Source: an uncultured Chloroflexia bacterium (GTDB lineage: Bacteria; Chloroflexota; Limnocylindria; Limnocylindrales; CSP1-4). From it: a DNA stretch of 64,000 nucleotides. The notes below the pieces were generated by a model. That model was not told where the DNA came from, did not search any database, and saw nothing but the letters and a program-made list of their open reading frames with translations. Each line of letters begins with the position of its first letter. The stretch's first letter is position 1. The translations under genes were made by a program, and so were the position numbers. Where the stretch lies: contig CAVXPZ010000001.1 in the NCBI GenBank assembly GCA_963763775.1, positions 1,248,001 to 1,312,000 of the forward strand, in the 5' to 3' direction. This document shows, piece after piece, positions 61,281 to 64,000 of this stretch.

Positions 61281-61371
61281 CGCACCCGGGTCATCCGGCG
61301 GCGTCTCGTCGTCGTATCACCGATCAGAACGTGATACATTCCGAGCGCACGTTTCCCGACCGAGGAGTCCC

Positions 61372-62439
61372 ATGAGCACCGCCGCCCACGACACCACCGT
61401 CCCGGTCTCCATCCGCGAGCGGCTGCTCGCGTGGAAGGAGATCCTCGAGACCGCCAACCCGCCCGAGTCGCGGCCGCTGGACACGGTCGGCAAGTGGCTG
61501 GTCATCACCCGCGCCGCCGTGTTCCCGATGACGATCTGGTCCGGGCTGATCGGCGCGCTGCTCGCGGTCGCGGCGGCCGGGAGCCTGGGCGTCACCGTCG
61601 ACTACTGGCTGCTGACGATCTCCGTCGTCGGACTCGTGCTCGCGCATGCGGCGAACAACATGATCAACGACTACTTCGACACCGCCAACGGCATCGACAC
61701 CGAGGGATACGTGCGGGCGCTGTACGCGCCGCACCCGATCCTCGCCGGCTGGGTGACCAAGCGCCAGCTGGCCGCGGCGATCCTCGCGGTCAACGCCATC
61801 GACGCGGGCCTGATGCTGTATCTCACCGCGGTCCGCGGCCCGCTCATCCTCGCGTTCGCGCTCGCCGGGCTCTTCATCTCGGTCTTCTACGTCGCGCCGC
61901 CGATCCGGCTCAAGCACCACGGCCTCGGCGAGCCCGGGGTCTTCCTCGTGTGGGGTCCGCTGATGGTCGGCGGGACATTCCTGGCGGCGACCGGGGTCAT
62001 CCCCGCGTGGGTGCTGCTCGTGTCGGTGCCATACGCGCTGATCGTGACCTCGGTCCTCTTCGGCAAGCACATCGACAAGATCGAGGCGGACACCAAGCTC
62101 GGGGTGCGGACGCTTCCCGTGATCCTCGGCGAGGCGCGGGCGCGCAGCGTCGGCTCCTGGCTGATGATCTCGTTCTACCCGCTGACCCTGCTGCTGGTGG
62201 TCGTCGGTCTGGTCGGGCCGTGGGTGCTGCTCGTGGTCCTTGGGATCCCGCGCCTGCTCGACGTCCTGAAGGTCTTCGCCAAGCCGAAGCCCGCCGGCCC
62301 GCCGCCCGGCTACCCCGAACGCGGCTGGCCGCTGTGGTTCGTCGGTTGGGCGTTCATCCACACGCGGCGCGCCGGCGGCCTGCTGACGCTCGGCCTGCTC
62401 CTGAACGCGCTGCTGCCGGTCACGCTGCCCTGGCTCTAG
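61372..62439 (+). CDS. UbiA-family prenyltransferase, MenA-like
   Basis: ANNMINDYFD, LKHHGLGE, IDKIEADTKLGVRTLPV; GAGGAG RBS. Confidence 0.85.
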   Translation: MSTAAHDTTVPVSIRERLLAWKEILETANPPESRPLDTVGKWLVITRAAVFPMTIWSGLIGALLAVAAAGSLGVTVDYWLLTISVVGLVLAHAANNMINDYFDTANGIDTEGYVRALYAPHPILAGWVTKRQLAAAILAVNAIDAGLMLYLTAVRGPLILAFALAGLFISVFYVAPPIRLKHHGLGEPGVFLVWGPLMVGGTFLAATGVIPAWVLLVSVPYALIVTSVLFGKHIDKIEADTKLGVRTLPVILGEARARSVGSWLMISFYPLTLLLVVVGLVGPWVLLVVLGIPRLLDVLKVFAKPKPAGPPPGYPERGWPLWFVGWAFIHTRRAGGLLTLGLLLNALLPVTLPWL

Positions 62440-62443
62440 CCCG

Positions 62444-62998
62444 TCACGCGGTGACGTCCGGCTCCACGTCGAACCGGATGTAGGGCCGCCGCTCCTCGTC
62501 GAACACGACCTCGGTGAACCGGAACCCGAGCTTGTCGACCAGTCGCCGGCTGGCCGGGTTCGGCGAGTCCATGACCGTGATCACGCGGTCGAGGCCGAGT
62601 CGCGACCAGGCGTCCGCCAGGACCGCCCGGCCGGCCTCGGTCGCGATCCCCTGGCCGTGCCAGCGGGTGGCCAGCATGCAGCCGAATTCCGGATCGGGAC
62701 CACCGACCGGCGGCCCCGGGATCGTGAGCCCACTCACGCCGACGAACTCGCCGTCCGGCGTGTGGACCGCCCAGGCGACCAGTCCCCGGGCGCGGCCGTC
62801 CTCGAACCAGGGCAGGAATTCCGCCTCGGCCAGCCGTTCCTTGTCGGCCGCGGTCAGGCCCGGGTCGGCGAAGTCCGCCCAGTACCGCGTCACGACGGGA
62901 TCGAGCACGAGGTCGGCGACGAACGCCGACCAGTCCCGCGCGCGGTCGAACGGCGTCAGCACCAGCCGCTCGGTGACCAGGCGGAGCGCGTCAGGCAC
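62444..62998 (-). CDS. GNAT acetyltransferase
   Basis: TERLVL, WHGQGIATEA, NPASRRLVDKLGF. Confidence 0.85.
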   Translation of the reverse strand: MPDALRLVTERLVLTPFDRARDWSAFVADLVLDPVVTRYWADFADPGLTAADKERLAEAEFLPWFEDGRARGLVAWAVHTPDGEFVGVSGLTIPGPPVGGPDPEFGCMLATRWHGQGIATEAGRAVLADAWSRLGLDRVITVMDSPNPASRRLVDKLGFRFTEVVFDEERRPYIRFDVEPDVTA

Positions 62999-64000
62999 TC
63001 GGGGTGCGGCGATGGGCCAGGTACTCGAGGACGTCGAGCTTGGTCACGACCCCGACGGGCCGGCCGGCGCTTGTGGCGATCAGTGCGGGCACACCCGACA
63101 GCAGCGCGAAGGCCTCGTCGAGATTCGCGCCGACATCGACGACCGGCAACGGGCGGTCCATCACCTCGCCGACGGTCCGCTCCACGGTCGTGGGGTCGCG
63201 GAACGCGCGGTCGAGGAGGCCCTTCTCGGTGATCGAGCCGACGATGCCGTCGACCGCGTCGCCCGCGGCGTGCTCGGAGACCGGGAGCTGGCTGATCCCG
63301 TACTCCTGGAGGACGGCGATCGCGTCGCCGACGCGCTGCGTCGTCCGGGCGAGCACGAGGTCGGGGATCGGCCCGGCGTGGTGGCGGTCCTCGAGCAGGT
63401 CGCCGACGCGGACCACCGCGCCGGTCGTGGCCATCAGGGCGTTCGCGCGCATCCACTCGTCGTTGTAGATCTTCGAGAGGTAGCTCCGGCCGCTGTCGGG
63501 CAGCAGGACGACGACGACCGCCGAAGCGCCATCGGGCGTCGCCGCCAGCTCGCGGACGACCTCGCGCGCGGCGACCACGGCCGTGCCGCACGAGCCGCCC
63601 GACAGGATCCCCTCCTCGCGCGTGAGCCGGCGAGCCATCGAGAAGGCGTCGCGGTCGCTGACACGGATCCAGCGATCCACGACGGACGCGTCGTACGTCC
63701 CCGGCAGGAAGTCCTCGCCCACGCCCTCGGTCAGGTACGGCCGGGCGGTGTCGCCGGACAGGACGCTCCCCTCCGGGTCCGCGCCGACGATCTGGATCGA
63801 CGGCGCCTTCGACTTCAGGTAGCGCGCGGTTCCCGAGATCGTCCCGCCGGTCCCGACGCTCGCGACGAAGTGCGTGATCCGGCCATCGGTGGCGTCCCAG
63901 ATCTCCGGGCCGGTGGTGCGCTCGTGCGCGTCAGGGTTCTCGGCGTTCCAGTACTGGTCTGGCTTGAACGCCCCGGGGATGTCTCGCGCCAGCCGTGCGG
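62991..64000 (-). CDS. Cystathionine beta-synthase with CBS domains (5' part outside the window)
   Basis: Manual reading: DQYWNAENPDAHERTTGPEIW, VGTGGTISG, YLTEGVGEDF, LPDSGRSYLSKIYNDEWM; tandem CBS domains. Confidence 0.92.
   Translation of the reverse strand, partial: ARLARDIPGAFKPDQYWNAENPDAHERTTGPEIWDATDGRITHFVASVGTGGTISGTARYLKSKAPSIQIVGADPEGSVLSGDTARPYLTEGVGEDFLPGTYDASVVDRWIRVSDRDAFSMARRLTREEGILSGGSCGTAVVAAREVVRELAATPDGASAVVVVLLPDSGRSYLSKIYNDEWMRANALMATTGAVVRVGDLLEDRHHAGPIPDLVLARTTQRVGDAIAVLQEYGISQLPVSEHAAGDAVDGIVGSITEKGLLDRAFRDPTTVERTVGEVMDRPLPVVDVGANLDEAFALLSGVPALIATSAGRPVGVVTKLDVLEYLAHRRTPSA

Overview
High-GC (roughly 70%, estimated by eye) bacterial chromosomal window. Gene content and protein style suggest a Chloroflexota lineage such as Limnocylindria; this is an inference and was not verified. 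About 60 CDS can be supported. They include a dispersed phosphate module (PhoR-like kinase fragment, two DUF47 proteins, Pit, PhoB/RegX3-like regulator), proS, gltX, two atypical J-domain proteins, a DtxR-like regulator, asparaginase II, upp, ldh, mdh and pckA. A scattered reductive pyrimidine/beta-alanine catabolic set is present (THI5-like ABC transporter, class III aminotransferase, beta-ureidopropionase-like nitrilase, F420-type LLM oxidoreductase, dihydropyrimidinase, malonate-semialdehyde dehydrogenase). Also present are an RsbW/STAS/SpoIIE module, an S8 protease, and a sulfur amino-acid region (SAM-I riboswitch controlling a ThrC-like plus MoaD/ThiS pair, cystathionine lyase/synthase, CBS). 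About a dozen genes, including housekeeping ones, carry single-base frameshifts that are most likely long-read errors. I saw no rRNA, tRNA, CRISPR array or transposase. The most unusual locus is an XRE-HTH/PD-(D/E)xK-like gene (19110-19932) next to a 173-bp structured element with palindromic inverted ends, bracketed by short tandem repeats.
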